A DNA stretch of 63,643 nt, the filler included, from Octopus bimaculoides (Eukaryota), in NCBI RefSeq assembly GCF_001194135.2. It is 4 parts of 4 records of this genome, joined end to end, with 100 filler letters (N's around TTAATTAATTAA, not from the genome) between each part and the next. Parts side by side here need not be neighbours in the genome. Positions count along the whole stretch, not along the records: positions 14,947 to 33,430 come from NC_068991.1; positions 33,531 to 56,233 come from NC_068989.1; 2 more parts are not named here. One strand, written 5' to 3'. Below the pieces are notes generated by a model. It saw only the letters and a program-made list of their open reading frames with translations, searched no databases and was not told the origin of the DNA. Positions 23,551 through 36,455 of the stretch are shown here, piece by piece (the stretch's first letter is position 1; the number at the start of each line of letters is the position of its first letter). A program made the translations under genes and the position numbers.

Positions 23551-24119
23551 TGCATATCTACAAAGAGATTTTCTCTCACACAAAAGTAGCAGCATCATGC
23601 CTTTTAACAATCTATATACGTTTAGTCTGATCCACAGATGGTGATTTATGTAAAAGGCAATCTTCATATCCAGTTTAACGTAGACGTTGTGCTAGAATAA
23701 AGAATACTGCGTTATTTACCAAGAGAGGACCTGTCATATGGATTAATGGTGCATAAAAACACTCGTACTTATATCGTTGACAGACGGAGTCGTCTGGTAC
23801 TGCCAGATCACGTGATTTTACCTTACCTGGACTCCTCAGCGGCAGACGTCAACGATATATAGAATTTCAGTATCTCTTCAGGTACTGATATCGCAAATAA
23901 CCAACGGTTTTGGTATAAGATAATTGATAGCGAAAGAAGCAGTATTTATATCAAAATGCCGACAACGATATAAACACGAAAGCTTGTATGCACCACGAGT
24001 CCTTATCAGAGGTTCTCTCAAGGTAAATTAACGCAGCATTCTGTATTTTAACACAATGTCCACGTTAAGTTGAATATGAAGATTGCCTTTTGGTATTAAT
24101 ACTGCTTCTGTCGCTATTC

Positions 24120-24290
24120 TAAGGAACAAGTCTAAGGCAAATTTCTACCGCCTTAGAACTATTTTATCGACTTCGAAAGAATGAATAGTAAAGTTGACTT
24201 CGGTGAGATTTGAACTTAGCATATAGTGAGTCGGAAATATATACAGTAAAGCATTGTATCCAACACTTTTACGAGACTACCAGTCAACCT
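24120..24290 (-). mobile_element. SINE family B, diverged
   Basis: tttatcgacttcgaaagaatgaatagtaaagttgacttcggtgagatttgaact matches family B on the reverse strand. Confidence 0.65.
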
Positions 24291-25566
24291 CTTTTATACA
24301 TATATTAGTGACGTGAGCCATTAATGGCTTTAATCACTGATATTCATTTATTTTATCGATCTCTCTGATATAGGAGGAACAAGATTACCGGTTTGAGAGG
24401 AAACGGGAAGTAAATGAAGTGGTGCCGTATGGGTTCGATTCCCAGACCCAGAATAATTTAGGACATCTTCATGTATCGCCTTTTACAGAGCACAAACCCT
24501 TACCTGGCTTCTTTCTAAGTACCAGTAATTCCACCAGCTTGAAGCAATTCAAAAGAGAAGCTTTTAAACAACAATGGAACTAGTTGAACCCGCAAGTCTT
24601 GCCCAGAAACTGTCAGAAAGAATATTGCTCAATCTCATCTGTTGACACAAGCAACGATGAAACCTAACAAAAACGAGCCTTGCTGTATTCACTTGACTTG
24701 CTATAAAGAGCAGCCAAATCCAGGGGTGTCTTAGCAGCATTATAGTCTTCTGGGCAAATTAACGTACTAGGCTTTATTGTATTTGTGTGTTGAGAGTAAA
24801 CCACAGAATAGATAGATTAAAATTGGGCACCAAGACCTGTGTGGCCTCGGGAAATTGCTCAGTGAATCATGTCTTAAAGCAACACTGGCCAAGTCTCCCT
24901 GAAATCATACCTTACTACCGTCTTAAATATGGAAGAGCATAGAATAATGAGCACAAGTACAAGTTAGGGCTCCTCGCTCGGCATTGTTTCCGTATAACTT
25001 CCTGAAAAATGCATTTTCTTCTTTAATGAAATTTTGTAGTGATATATTTTCGAGATTGTAACTTATGATGATGTTGATAACCTTTAAACAAAAATAATGT
25101 AGGACTTTCGTATTATTCTGACCCCCCACCTAAATGTGTTCCATCATAACTCTCTTTAAAATATTTTTGAATGAAATTTTGCAGAAATACGCTTTAGAGA
25201 TTGTAGACTACATAATGATGTTTTAAACATAAATCAGAAATAAAAATTAAAATTGTTATAGTTGCAGAAATTGGCGTTAACTAAATTAAGGAGTGGAGTT
25301 GAAAAGAGAAAAGGACAATCCAAAAGTCCTCCAAAGAGACTTTTTCCCTTAGTTTCATCCACATTATTCGGATGTATTATGTGTTTGTGTGTGTGTCTGT
25401 CGGTGTCTGTGTGTGATTGTTTTTTTTTTTTTTGTGATGGACAGTAGAAACCCTGCATGTGAACAACTGTTGTCAACTTATTAATCCCCTTCTTTCCTTG
25501 AAGCTATGTATTTCTCACACCGACCTTTCTTTTCCTTCCACGGCGCTTGAAAAAGTTGTGTATGGG

Positions 25567-25673
<107 letters not shown>

Positions 25674-26191
25674 ATGTATTTATGTATGTATGTACAAAAG
25701 TAGCGTCGTATGTATATCCTTGAACGGCAGACATCTGCCACGCTCACACAACTTTGATCTCCCCTTCACTGACATCACTCACTTTCCCTCACATTCATTT
25801 CCCTCACACTAACACTCTTACAACTTTCTCATTTTATCCAAAAAATACTCCGCCCTTTCATTTCAATTATTTCAGTTGTAAGATACAGGCATACACACGC
25901 GTGCACGCATGCAAGCGTACGTGTATGTATGTATATGTATTTACGAATATAAGTGCATAGACACACACACACACACACACACACACATATGAATATACAT
26001 ATGCATTCATACATGCATTCACGCATACCTTCACGCATATATAGATACATACATGCACACACACTTCTGCACATACATACATACATACATACATACATAC
26101 ATACATACATACATACATACAGGCAAGCATACATGCTTATATCGTCTTCTACATACAATTTTTTAGAATCACTGTGACGCACACAAGCGCG

Positions 26192-26227
<36 letters not shown>

Positions 26228-26831
26228 TACATACGCGCGCGCGCATGCATGCACGCGTAAGCACGCATGCGCGCATACACATCCACAAATAACGGCACAA
26301 ATATTTCGTAACAGGTGAGGCCCTGGACTTTTGAAGAGGAGGAAAAGCTGTGAGGAAAGCAAGCACTTAACTAGCCCAGCCAATTTATTTATGCACAAAT
26401 TTTCAACAAACACTTGAAATATAGTGCTGTTACATTCTGATAATAAGTGATAGATGGAACAGGTCTGATAGCACAACATAGCTTGTATTTCCTCGCATTA
26501 TATCGCAACCTTCCTTCTGTGACTGCAGCAATACGGCGGCTAAACCGTCAGCGTTGTTGTTGTTTTGGATGTAGTTGATGTTGTTGATGTTCTTTCTCCT
26601 TTTTTTTTTTGTGGTGATGGTGATGTCGGCGGTGAGAAGTAAAGAATAAGTAACAATACCGCTATTGTTAACAGCAGCTGTTGCTTACTGTTGATCTAGG
26701 TGTTGTTGTTGTTGTTGTGGGTGGTGGTGGTGGTGATGTGTTAGGAGGTGTGTCGTTGTTGTTGTGTATCTCAGGTCTGCTCTGATCGAGCAAACCCATG
26801 ATAGGTCTTCCATTTATGACCACTGCATGTT

Positions 26832-26872
<41 letters not shown>

Positions 26873-26978
26873 TTTCTTTTCGGTGGAACAAGAACTAAGA
26901 GAAACCAATTCACGCAGGCAATATCTCACTACCAGGAATAACATAGTTGATAGAGTTAAATGATCCTGAGCTACATTG

Positions 26979-27275
26979 ATACATCTGTTGACACCAATAA
27001 ATCTGTGTAGATGAACCAGTTATTGCACCTGTTGATTTGTCGGGAAAGAGATGATAGAGATACGTCTGTTGATGCCAGTACGCGTAGGCGGATGAACTGT
27101 TGCCAAACAAGTTGATTGGTCCGAACAGCGATAATGTAGACACATCTTTTGATGTGTCTACCATTTGTCTGGTTGAACAATAGAGTAATTCATTTAACCG
27201 AATAGTGACGATGCATTTGCTGCCACCAGCGAATTTGAGCAGAAGAATTGGGTAATAGACCAGTTGTTTGGTCGA
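26979..27275. repeat. Degenerate tandem repeat of about 80 bp (about 4 units)
   Basis: gatacatctgttgacacc at 26979, gatacgtctgttgatgcc at 27059, gacacatcttttgatgtg at 27139, and a weaker unit near 27208. Confidence 0.55.
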
Positions 27276-27656
27276 ATTTTTTTTTATGCAGTTCTGTTGA
27301 TTCTAGCTTGTATGCTATTACATGGTTGTTGACAAACGTAAGCAGACAATTTGAGGTTCCCCTAAAGGGCAATGAATATGGCAAAATGAGATATTCGATA
27401 AAAATGCATTGTACTCGCTTAACATTCCAACCGTAGCCACAGTCTCTTTGTTCGAAACATACCTTTATTCACTGTATACATCACCCTACTTTGAAGGCAG
27501 CAGTATACGCTACAACTGAATTACAGAAAATTAGGAATGAAAGGTCAATTCAGCCTCCCTAAAATTTCATCTCAAGAGTCTAGGGAGTTGAAAATCTACG
27601 ATGTCAGATATTTAATCAAGTATTCCACTGTTTTTGCCTAAATTGCCAGCAATGAG

Positions 27657-28036
27657 TGGAGGCGCAATGGTTAGGGTAGCGGACTCGCGGTCATAGGATC
27701 GCGGTTTCGATTCCCAGACCGGGCGTTGTGAGTGTTTATTGAGCGAAAACACCTAAAGCTCCACGAGGTTCCGGCAGGGGATGGTGGCGAACCCTGCTGT
27801 ACTCTTCCACCACAACTTTCTCTCACTCTTTCTTCCTGTTTCCGTTGTGCCTGTAATTCAAAGGGTCAGCCTTTTCACACTGTATCACGCTGAATATCCC
27901 CGAGAACTACGTTAAGGGTACACGTGTCTGTGGAGTGCTCAGCCACTTGCACGTTAATTTCACGAGCAGGCTGTTCTGTTGATCGGATCATCTGGAACCC
28001 TCGACGTCGTAAGCGACGGAGTGCCACCAACAACAG
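27657..28036 (+). mobile_element. SINE family C, full length
   Basis: tRNA-like head ggaggcgcaatggttagggtagcggactcgcgg..gtttcgattcc; 3' end acgttaatttcacgagcaggctgttc..ggaaccctcgacgtcg; (AAC) tail. Confidence 0.85.
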
Positions 28037-29767
28037 CCAGCAATGATGATATCAGTGAACATTTTCTTTTTTTTTTCCCCATTTTGCATTTGGAAGCTAA
28101 GAAACTTTTCCATGTCACTGTCATCTCAGCCTGCACCAGGAATATGAAACAATGTCTTTGTTGTGTTTTTAACCAGGGACAGAAATCCTATTTTTGTATA
28201 TTAATCAAGCCTTTCCCAAATCACAAGGATTAATACTAAACTCTCGCTGTTGTAGCATTAAAGGGATGAGAGATAAAAAACGTGCCCCTCAAGAAGTTAA
28301 TTGTGGAAAAATTTCCCACGCTCTACATGAATTGTTGGTAGTAGATCTCTTGTCATTCGACGATAAGGATTCAGTTGTTCGATCAAATGAATTACCTACC
28401 CCTGAGTTAATGTGCAAGTGGCTGAGTATCCCACAGAGATGTGTACCCATTACGTAATTTTGAACCAGACCCAGCGTAGAGCAGATTTTTACAAGCTTTT
28501 GAATTTAAAGGTACAATCCATCCGATGGCCTTCTATAAAGTTTCTAACTACCCTATATGTCACTCACAAGGTATGGATCGACCTGAGGATATAGCCCAAG
28601 ATGTTTGACAGTGGGAGAGAAAGTGGGACCTCATAAAAAACAAATCGAACTTTTTAACCATAAATACACAGATGCAGGTTTAGGCGAACAAATCGATCAT
28701 AGAACTTATTTTTCATGTGTAATACTTACTCTGTCAGTAACCTCTAAGTTACAGGAACGTAAACAAACAAACACCGGTTGTTTGGCGGTGGGAGGACAGA
28801 CACGAAAACAGATACGAAAACAAAACACACACATATGCGACGGGTTTCCACAAAGTTTCCATTATTCACTCCCGAGACATTGGTCGGCTCGACGCTATAG
28901 TAGTAGACACTTGCCCACAGTGCTATGCACTGAGACTGAATCCGAAAGAACATGGTAGCAAACGAGACTCTTAAACCTCTGAACTACACTACGATTATGT
29001 GTGTTACACACACACGCACATTCATATATATATATATATATATATATANNNNNNNNNNNNNNNNNNNNNNNNNNNNNNNNNNNNNNNNNNNNNNNNNNNN
29101 NNNNNNNNNNNNNNNNNNNNNNNNNNNNNNNNNNNNNNNNNNNNNNNNNNNNNNNNNNNNNNNNNNNNNNNNNNNNNNNNNNNNNNNNNNNNNNNNNNNN
29201 NNNNNNNNNNNNNNNNNNNNNNNNNNNCAAACATCTGGATTAATCTGTACCATACTTGAATACACGAATAATTTGACCTTGGAAAGAATAATGCGGTCTT
29301 AATTTATTTTGTCTTTTGTTAAAGATAAATAATATTGCTCTATGCATAAAGTTTCACCTCTTCAAATCGTTTTCTCAACTTCCTGTGTTTGAGCTTCCTG
29401 TCTTTGGCGTCCTAACCAGCTATTTACATATACACACGTATGTATACATCATTATAGCTGTGACGATTTCTGATTAAAAAAAAGAACAATTTCTAAAGGT
29501 ACTTTCATGTCAGAAAAAAAAATATCATACGGAGATAGACGCCTTTTTCTCAGTTATTTGAATGAGGTACTGTATATTGTACACTGATTTTCCAATTTAT
29601 ATTTCGGACATTTTTAGAAGAAGTCGCCTTATTAAGACTTGATATTTCACATTTAAACGTATCGGAAGTTAATTAGTCGATAATGATTTTCAAAATTGAC
29701 TTAAAAGTTAAATTGTTGACGAAAATGTTAACTACGTTAATTAACGATTAACAGACTTACGCCCAGC

Positions 29768-29806
<39 letters not shown>

Positions 29807-29900
29807 ATAGAAAGGACAACAGAAGAAAGAAAGAGACCTCGATATTATGTAAATAGAGGAATTTATCTGTAAAAATATGTGACACTTATTCGGTAACCAT

Positions 29901-29961
29901 GATAAAACTCCGAGTTTCGGATGCTGGGGTGGGAACCCACGCCAACATTTTTTCAGTTATC
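29901..29961 (-). ncRNA. Decayed hammerhead motif (G8A)
   Basis: GATAA CTGAAAA..ATGTTGG...CCAGCAT CC GAA ACTCGGAGT T TTATC; stem I pairs perfectly over 5 bp. Confidence 0.65.
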
Positions 29962-30670
29962 CGGCCATTGAAAATTCCTGTGAAAAATGACCGTTAAACA
30001 AAGGGAAATTAGTGGTTGACCGTTATTAAGACAAAAGAGCTGTAGACCGCTAAGTAAGGGGATGGGGTAAAAGTAAGGGAGTAGAGAAGTCTATAGTGTT
30101 CGCGTAAGCGCACCAATCCGTACATTCGCCTATATGTATATACTAAACCACCCTCGCTTGAAACACACATGTTCACCCACATACTCGCCAAAAACTATAC
30201 ATATATGTACATATATATACCCGCATACATGGGTATACCCGCATACACACCCAAACACACGCGCGCGCACTCAATAACCTCACACCCATACACACGCAAG
30301 CAGAAAAAATCATCATAGGGCTAAAAGCAAAATACAGAAGAAAGTTTAAAAAAAGCTATAAGGTTAAAACGCGTCAATTTGCGCATATTTTCGCATGCCC
30401 GCACATACATCTATATCTGCACGTACCCGCACACACGCTCACATTCACAAGCGCTCACATAAGGTTCCATGTGCGTGTCTATAGACGCACAGGAAAAAAG
30501 CAGGGTGGAGGGGAGAAAACAGAAAAATATGTGTGGAAAAAATACAAAACATTAACTCTATAATTATGTAAAAAATATTAAAAAATATATAAGAAATCTT
30601 AGTAAAAAGTATAGAGAGATAAAAAGCTTATACATAGACACAATATAGAAAGTAAGTCCTATCAGTAAAT

Positions 30671-31341
30671 TCAGGGGGACCAAAAACGTAGCAAATATTT
30701 AGCCACATGTGGACATGATTCGAAAAGTTCAGTCCTTGAATTTAGACATGTGGCGGGGTCTAAGCTGCCTTTCCAGGTGAGCCATTTTTCCATATCACAT
30801 AGACCGCACCTTCCGCTGCCGCTGGTGTAAGGTTTACACTTAGCTAAGATCTTCCAATGGATGTTGTAACTGACACCTTTATCTTTTAAAGACCATATAT
30901 GACTGGATAATTTGGTCGTTTTCCTTTTGTCCCAGTGCCTGAAACTCAAAGTGTGATTATTGAATCTGGTCTTGAAATTACCCTCCGTAAGGCCCACGTA
31001 TTTCTTCGTCGAAACTGTGTCCTTAGTGGATATAGAGTCCACGGTGGCCTCATAAATGATGATTTTGGACATGCAAGCTCAATTTAGCGGGCACGAATTT
31101 TTATCTCTGCATGAACAGCTGGTTTCGTATTGTGGTTTTTGTGTGTTGTGTGCGATTATATTTTTTAAATTAGCAGTTGAGCTGAAACTAATTTTTAAGT
31201 TATGTCTGTTGAAGATCTTTCTATAACTATGGTTGACTGGAAAGTGTCTGTCTATCAGTGCTAAGAAAAGAAGTACTTGCCTATATTAAAGGTCACTTCG
31301 GGTGAGTGGGAGGGAGTGAACCAGTCCTTGAATTTAGACAT
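30671..31341 (-). pseudogene. GIY-YIG endonuclease, possibly Naiad-type
   Basis: Open from 31072 to 30671 (133 aa). The upstream extension has one TGA (31079-31081) and one frameshift near 31265. Confidence 0.85.
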
Positions 31342-31809
31342 TTCCTATTCCTATGCTTTCTTTTCTTTATTACTGGTGGCCGGTGTATAGGTTATTTCCT
31401 CGTTAATAGCGTTGCCCCAGTATATAATAAGGCGCTAAAATATAATATAATAACATGTATAATAACATATATTCACACAGAATTTTTTCAGTGTACACTT
31501 TTCATCATCCCAGTACCAAGTATGACGTCACCCCTCTTTCCTTATTTATCTATCATTCCTTCCTTTCTCATTTATAAACGCAAGAGTTTATTATCTCGGT
31601 AATAAGTAGATTATCTCGGTAACCATGGAAGCTATGAAAAAATACAAAGCCCAGCCTCACCACTGGATCATTCTATACATCAGTGTAATCTTTCGCGCAA
31701 TTCCACCCTGCCGTTTGACCGTGAATCCCAAGAGAAGAAAGAATCGCCCATGTCAAATATACATGTATATATGTGTGGGGGGGTGTAGTTATCTGTATTA
31801 CGCGTTTTA

Positions 31810-32090
31810 GAATCTTGTGACAGAATCATATTCTCCAATAGTTGTGTGTTACGTGGCAATATCCGGGTTATTTCCGTCCAGAATTTCTTACACTCCTCAG
31901 GCACCGCCTCCACAACCACCAACTCGTTCTTTACTCATCTAACACACAGCATGAGTGTCGGCTGTAATCTTTCTAGCCAAGCACTAACTATTTTGGTTTA
32001 GCAATTCCTGATGCATTATCCTTTGTTTTGTGCATTGGTTTATCTCTCAAGTGTTTTGGACCTCAGTCCCCACCATTTACAAATCACACG
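31810..32090 (-). pseudogene. Fragment of an R4/Dong-like LINE ORF
   Basis: VPEECKKFWTEI resembles the P..EE..FW..IW motif upstream of the RT. Confidence 0.4.
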
Positions 32091-32788
32091 CACATACATC
32101 TACCTATATATATATATATATATNNNNNNNNNNNNNNNNNNNNNNNNNNNNNNNNNNNNNNNNNNNNNNNNNNNNNNNNNNNNNNNNNNNNNNNNNNNNN
32201 NNNNNNNNNNNNNNNNNNNNNNNNNNNNNNNNNNNNNNNNNNNNNNNNNNNNNNNNNNNNNNNNNNNNNNNNNNNNNNNNNNNNNNNNNNNNNNNNNNNN
32301 NNNNNNNNNNNNNNNNNNNNNNNNNNNNNNNNNNNNNNNNNNNNNNNNNNNNNNNNNNNNNNNNNNNNNNNNNNNNNNNNNNNNNNNNNNNNNNNNNNNN
32401 NNNNNNNNNNNNNNNNNNNNNNNNNNNNNNNNNNNNNNNNNNNNNNNNNNNNNNNNNNNNNNNNNNNNNNNNNNNNNNNNNNNNNNNNNNNNNNNNNNNN
32501 NNNNNNNNNNNNNNNNNNNNNNNNNNNNNNNNNNNNNNNNNNNNNNNNNNNNNNNNNNNNNNNNNNNNNNNNNNNNNNNNNNNNNNNNNNNNNNNNNNNN
32601 NNNNNNNNNNNNNNNNNNNNNNNNNNNNNNNNNNNNNNNNNNNNNNNNNNNNNNNNNNNNNNNNNNNNNNNNNNNNNNNNNNNNNNNNNNNNNNNNNNNN
32701 NNNNNNNNNNNNNNNNNNNNNNNNNNNNNNNNNNNNNNNNNNNNNNNNNNNNNNNNNNNNNNNNNNNNNNNNNNNNNNNNNNNNNNNN

Positions 32789-32820
<32 letters not shown>

Positions 32821-33202
32821 TTATGTATTTATTTTGTAAATCTTAATTATATATGTATTATATACAATATATAAAAAAAATTTGTACATAATACATATAT
32901 AATATATATTTAAGATATATATACTATATTGACAATATATATATTATATATATGATATATATATATATAATATAATGTATATAATATAATGTATATAATA
33001 TATATATAATATAAATATATGATATATAAATAAAATATATAATATATATAATATATATATATATATATAATATATAATATACATAATATACATATACATA
33101 AAATATATAATATGTATAAAGTATATATGTATAATATATAATATATATATAATATATATGTATATAATTTATATATAATACCTATATATAATATATATTA
33201 TA

Positions 33203-33360
33203 GGAGTCGCTGTGTGGTAAGCACCTTCTTTACGAACCACGTAGTTCCGGGTTCAGTCCCACTGCGTGGCACCTTGGGCAAGTGTCTTCTATTATAGCCT
33301 CGAGCCGACCAAAGACCTGTGAGTGAATTTGGTAGACAGAAACTGAAAGAAGCCCGTCGT
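33203..33360 (+). mobile_element. SINE family A, 5' half
   Basis: ggagtcgctgtgtggtaag...gggttcagtcccactgcgtggcaccttgggcaagtgtcttct. Confidence 0.85.
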
Positions 33361-33379
33361 ACATATGTATATATATACG

Positions 33380-33430
<51 letters not shown>

Positions 33431-33819
33431 NNNNNNNNNNNNNNNNNNNNNNNNNNNNNNNNNNNNNNNNNNNNTTAATTAATTAANNNNNNNNNNNNNN
33501 NNNNNNNNNNNNNNNNNNNNNNNNNNNNNNCCACCACCACCACCACTACCACCACCACCACCACTACCACCACCACCACCATTACTCATCACAACTAACT
33601 CAACAATAGCCACACCAGTCACAACAACAGCAGCAGCAGCAGCAGCAGCAGCAATAACCACTAAAAGCGAAACAGGCTGACACAACTATCATAACTGCGA
33701 CGACAACAACAACTACTACAACTGTTGCAACAGCCACTACCACAGTCACCACTACCACCTATACTGTCATCACCGCGATCACCGCTGCCGACAGCACCTC
33801 CACCGTGATTATCGTTACC

Positions 33820-34012
33820 AGCTCAGCGGTATTTCGTCTGCTGCTACGTTCTGAGTTCAAATCCCGCCAAGGTCGACTTTGCCCTTCATCCTTTCGGCAT
33901 CGATTAAATAAGTACCAGTTACGCACTGGGGTCGAAATAATCGACTTAATCAGTTTGTCTGTCCTTGTTTGTCCCCTCTGTGTGTAGCCCCTTGAGAGCA
34001 GTAAAAAAATAG
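33820..34012 (+). mobile_element. SINE family B
   Basis: gttctgagttcaaatcccgccaaggtcgactttgcc...gtaccagttacgcactggggtcga. Confidence 0.85.
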
Positions 34013-34383
34013 GAAACACATAAAAGGTATAAGACTAAGCACATTTAAAAAGACTGACTGGCCCCAGTTCGTCCTCGGCCCCACTCCATCAGAACCGACC
34101 CCAGATTAAACAACAATAACAATAAACATGTATGGAAGGTTCTATGTTTACTTACTGACGATCAAGATTAACAAACTGGCTAATGCGATAATATGCCAGA
34201 CTCTGAGGCCAGCTTCTGGTATGACCACCGACTCGATCGAAAATTCTGTTGTGGGTAGAACTGTCGTCGATCGGGTTGTGACAGCCTGCTTGGCAGCATC
34301 GGGGGACTAGAAGTGATATTTAGAAAGGAGAAAAATAATTAGAAGAGAAGAAGGTGGAGGTGAATAATGATAATAACAATAAG

Positions 34384-34757
34384 AACAAGAGCACTCAGAG
34401 AGCACAAACTTCCGCCAAGACAACACCAATGTCCTCTCAACGATTATCCGGAGATGATTATTAAAATGAGAATATCTGAAATAAACTCGACTGCTCTCAC
34501 AAACGAGAATACTGAAAATGAACCCGACCGCTCCCAAAAATTAAGTAAAAAAACAAAAAAAAACAGAAAAATATTCCAGAATCCTTGTCCGGTACGGAAT
34601 CGATCACAAAATCTAATCAGTTTGTACTAGTCACAAAACCAAACATCCCTGAAAATTTCATCCGAATCCATCCAGCGGTTCTTGAGATATCTTGTCTACG
34701 GACAGAGAAACAAACGACTGAAAAAAATAACTCCGCCTTCGCTAAGGCGGAGATAAT
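34384..34757 (+). mobile_element. Non-autonomous Helentron (HINE/DINE-1-like) element
   Basis: 5' subterminal TTCCGCCAAG at 34410-34419; 3' hairpin CTCCGCCTT-cgct-AAGGCGGAG at 34731-34752; typical aaatttcatcc..atcc..gagatatcttg core. Confidence 0.6.
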
Positions 34758-35050
34758 AACAGATAGATACAACCGTCTTAAGTCCGAAATAGCCCGGTTA
34801 TGGAAAATGAAGGAGGTGAAGATAGAGCCAATTATTGTTGAGTCCTTGGGAAGAGTATCAGAAGGCATCAAGAGGAATAGAAAGGAAATCGGAATAGAGT
34901 GCCCAGTAGAACTGCTACAAACGTTCTACCTCCTAGGCACTACCAAAATAATCAGGAAAGCATTAGCTGAAAAGAATTGAAAGCATGGTACCATAGGCTG
35001 CAGGTAGTAAACCTGCTATGCATTCAAGGCTTCAGGAGCTCCAACAAAAC
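34758..35050 (+). mobile_element. R4/Dong-like LINE 3' end (family A)
   Basis: RYNRLKSEIARLWKMKEVKIEPIIVESLG...LLGTTKIIRKAL; (AAT)n tail at 35065-35130. Confidence 0.8.
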
Positions 35051-35064
35051 CTGTGATAAAGGGA

Positions 35065-35130
<66 letters not shown>

Positions 35131-35490
35131 CTATGCTGGATCATAGATATAACATGCCCAGCTAACAACAAGGTATGCGATAAAGAAGAAAGAAAAGTCG
35201 ATAGATATAATAGGTTAGCTTCGGAGGTTAAGCAATTGTGGTCGCTGAAAAAGGTGGTAGTAGTAACAATAACTGTCGGAGCCCTGGGAACAGTGAGTAA
35301 AAATCTTGGGAAGCTCGTGGAACAAATAGGGGCTACAGTACGGGTGGAGCACTTGCAGAAAACATCACAGCTTGGAACCGCTCGAATACTCTGGAAGGTG
35401 CTCGAAAACTAAGGGGTGTTACCTTAGTTCACTGGTAGTGAACAGCTGACACCGTAGTACATCTCCAGCGTTAGAAGCTGTGCAAAGGCA
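35131..35490 (+). mobile_element. R4/Dong-like LINE 3' end (family B, copy 1)
   Basis: CWIIDITCP..RYNRLASEVKQLW..VGALGTV..LQKTSQLGTARILWKVL; AAT tail. Confidence 0.85.
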
Positions 35491-35495
35491 ATAAC

Positions 35496-35574
<79 letters not shown>

Positions 35575-35605
35575 TAACAACAACAACAACAACAACAATA
35601 ATAAT

Positions 35606-35757
35606 TCTTAAACAGTCTCTAGAGCAACACTATGTACAAAACCAAATATATGGCACCCTAGGCATAACACTAACATGAACTTCTAACTTGTTGTGTCTTG
35701 AGGTCTCTGGATGAGACTTGGAGCCATCTTGTACAAATGTAAAGCAAAAGTCAAGCA
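35606..35757 (+). mobile_element. LINE 3' UTR fragment (family C) between microsatellites
   Basis: gaggtctctgg.tgagacttggagcc...gtaaagcaaaagtcaa followed by (AAC)n; loosely like the 3' UTR at 1868-1900. Confidence 0.5.
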
Positions 35758-35790
35758 AAACAACAACAACAACAACAATAATAATAATAA

Positions 35791-36455
35791 ATAGAATAGA
35801 CAAAACAGCAGAAAGTGGTAAGTGCAGAATCTGTGGACAAAACGGTGAAACCGAATGGCATATTACCAGTCAATGCATGCCACTAGCCCAGAAGGAATAT
35901 AAGAGACGCCAGGACAATATAGCCAGGCTTGTCCATTGGATATTTTGCAGCAAGTATGGACTTGACAAAGTAAAAAATTGGTACAACCACAAACCTAAAG
36001 GCATCGTCAAAAATAGAAATGCAAAGATCCTATGGGATTTTATGAACATGAGATACAAAATAGAAAAGTAGACATAGTGTTAATTGAGAAAGAAAACAAA
36101 CTATGCTGGATCATAGATATAGCATGCCCAGCTGACAACAAGGTATGCGATAAGGAAGAAAGAAAAGTCGAGAGATACGACAGGTTAGCTTGGGAAGTTA
36201 AGCAGTTGTGGTCGATGAAAAAGATAGCAGTAGTACCAATAATTGTCGGAGCCCTGGGAACAATGAGCAAAAATCTCGAGAAGTACGTGGAACAAATAGG
36301 GGCTGCAATAATGGTGGAGCACTTGCAGAAAACAGCATTGCTTGGAACCGCTCGAATACTCCCGAAGGTGCTCGAAAAATAAGGGGGTGTTACCTTTGTT
36401 CACTGGTAGTGAACAGCTGACATCGTAGTACATTTCCAGCATTAGTAGCTGTGCA
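35791..36455 (+). mobile_element. R4/Dong-like LINE 3' part (family B, copy 2)
   Basis: Zinc knuckle CRICGQNGETEWHITSQC, YKRRQDNIA, KILWDF, KVDIVLI..IIDIACP, LQKTALLGTARIL. Confidence 0.88.

Larger units (their letters stand above)
29790..31341 (-). mobile_element. Penelope-like element carrying only a GIY-YIG ORF, a long 3' region and an HHR (no RT seen)
   Basis: WF.P..S..V.FNIGK.F..LIDRHFP..KIFNRHNLKISFS; CSCRDKNSCPLN; IYEATV..YVGLTEGNFKTRFNNH; RCGLCDMEK; LNSRTELFESCPH. Confidence 0.85.

Noticed and set aside
28240-28390. TNNSCRAW peptide resembling a MULE transposase C-terminus
   Set aside because: Too short and frameshifted to support a call.
31079-31081. In-frame TGA in the GIY-YIG ORF as a possible selenocysteine (reported for some Naiad PLEs)
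   Set aside because: It aligns with the Gly of CPL.G.C, not a Cys. A GGA-to-TGA mutation is simpler, and a frameshift lies nearby.
32790-33200. Long compound TA-rich tract
   Set aside because: Low-complexity microsatellite decay beside a gap.
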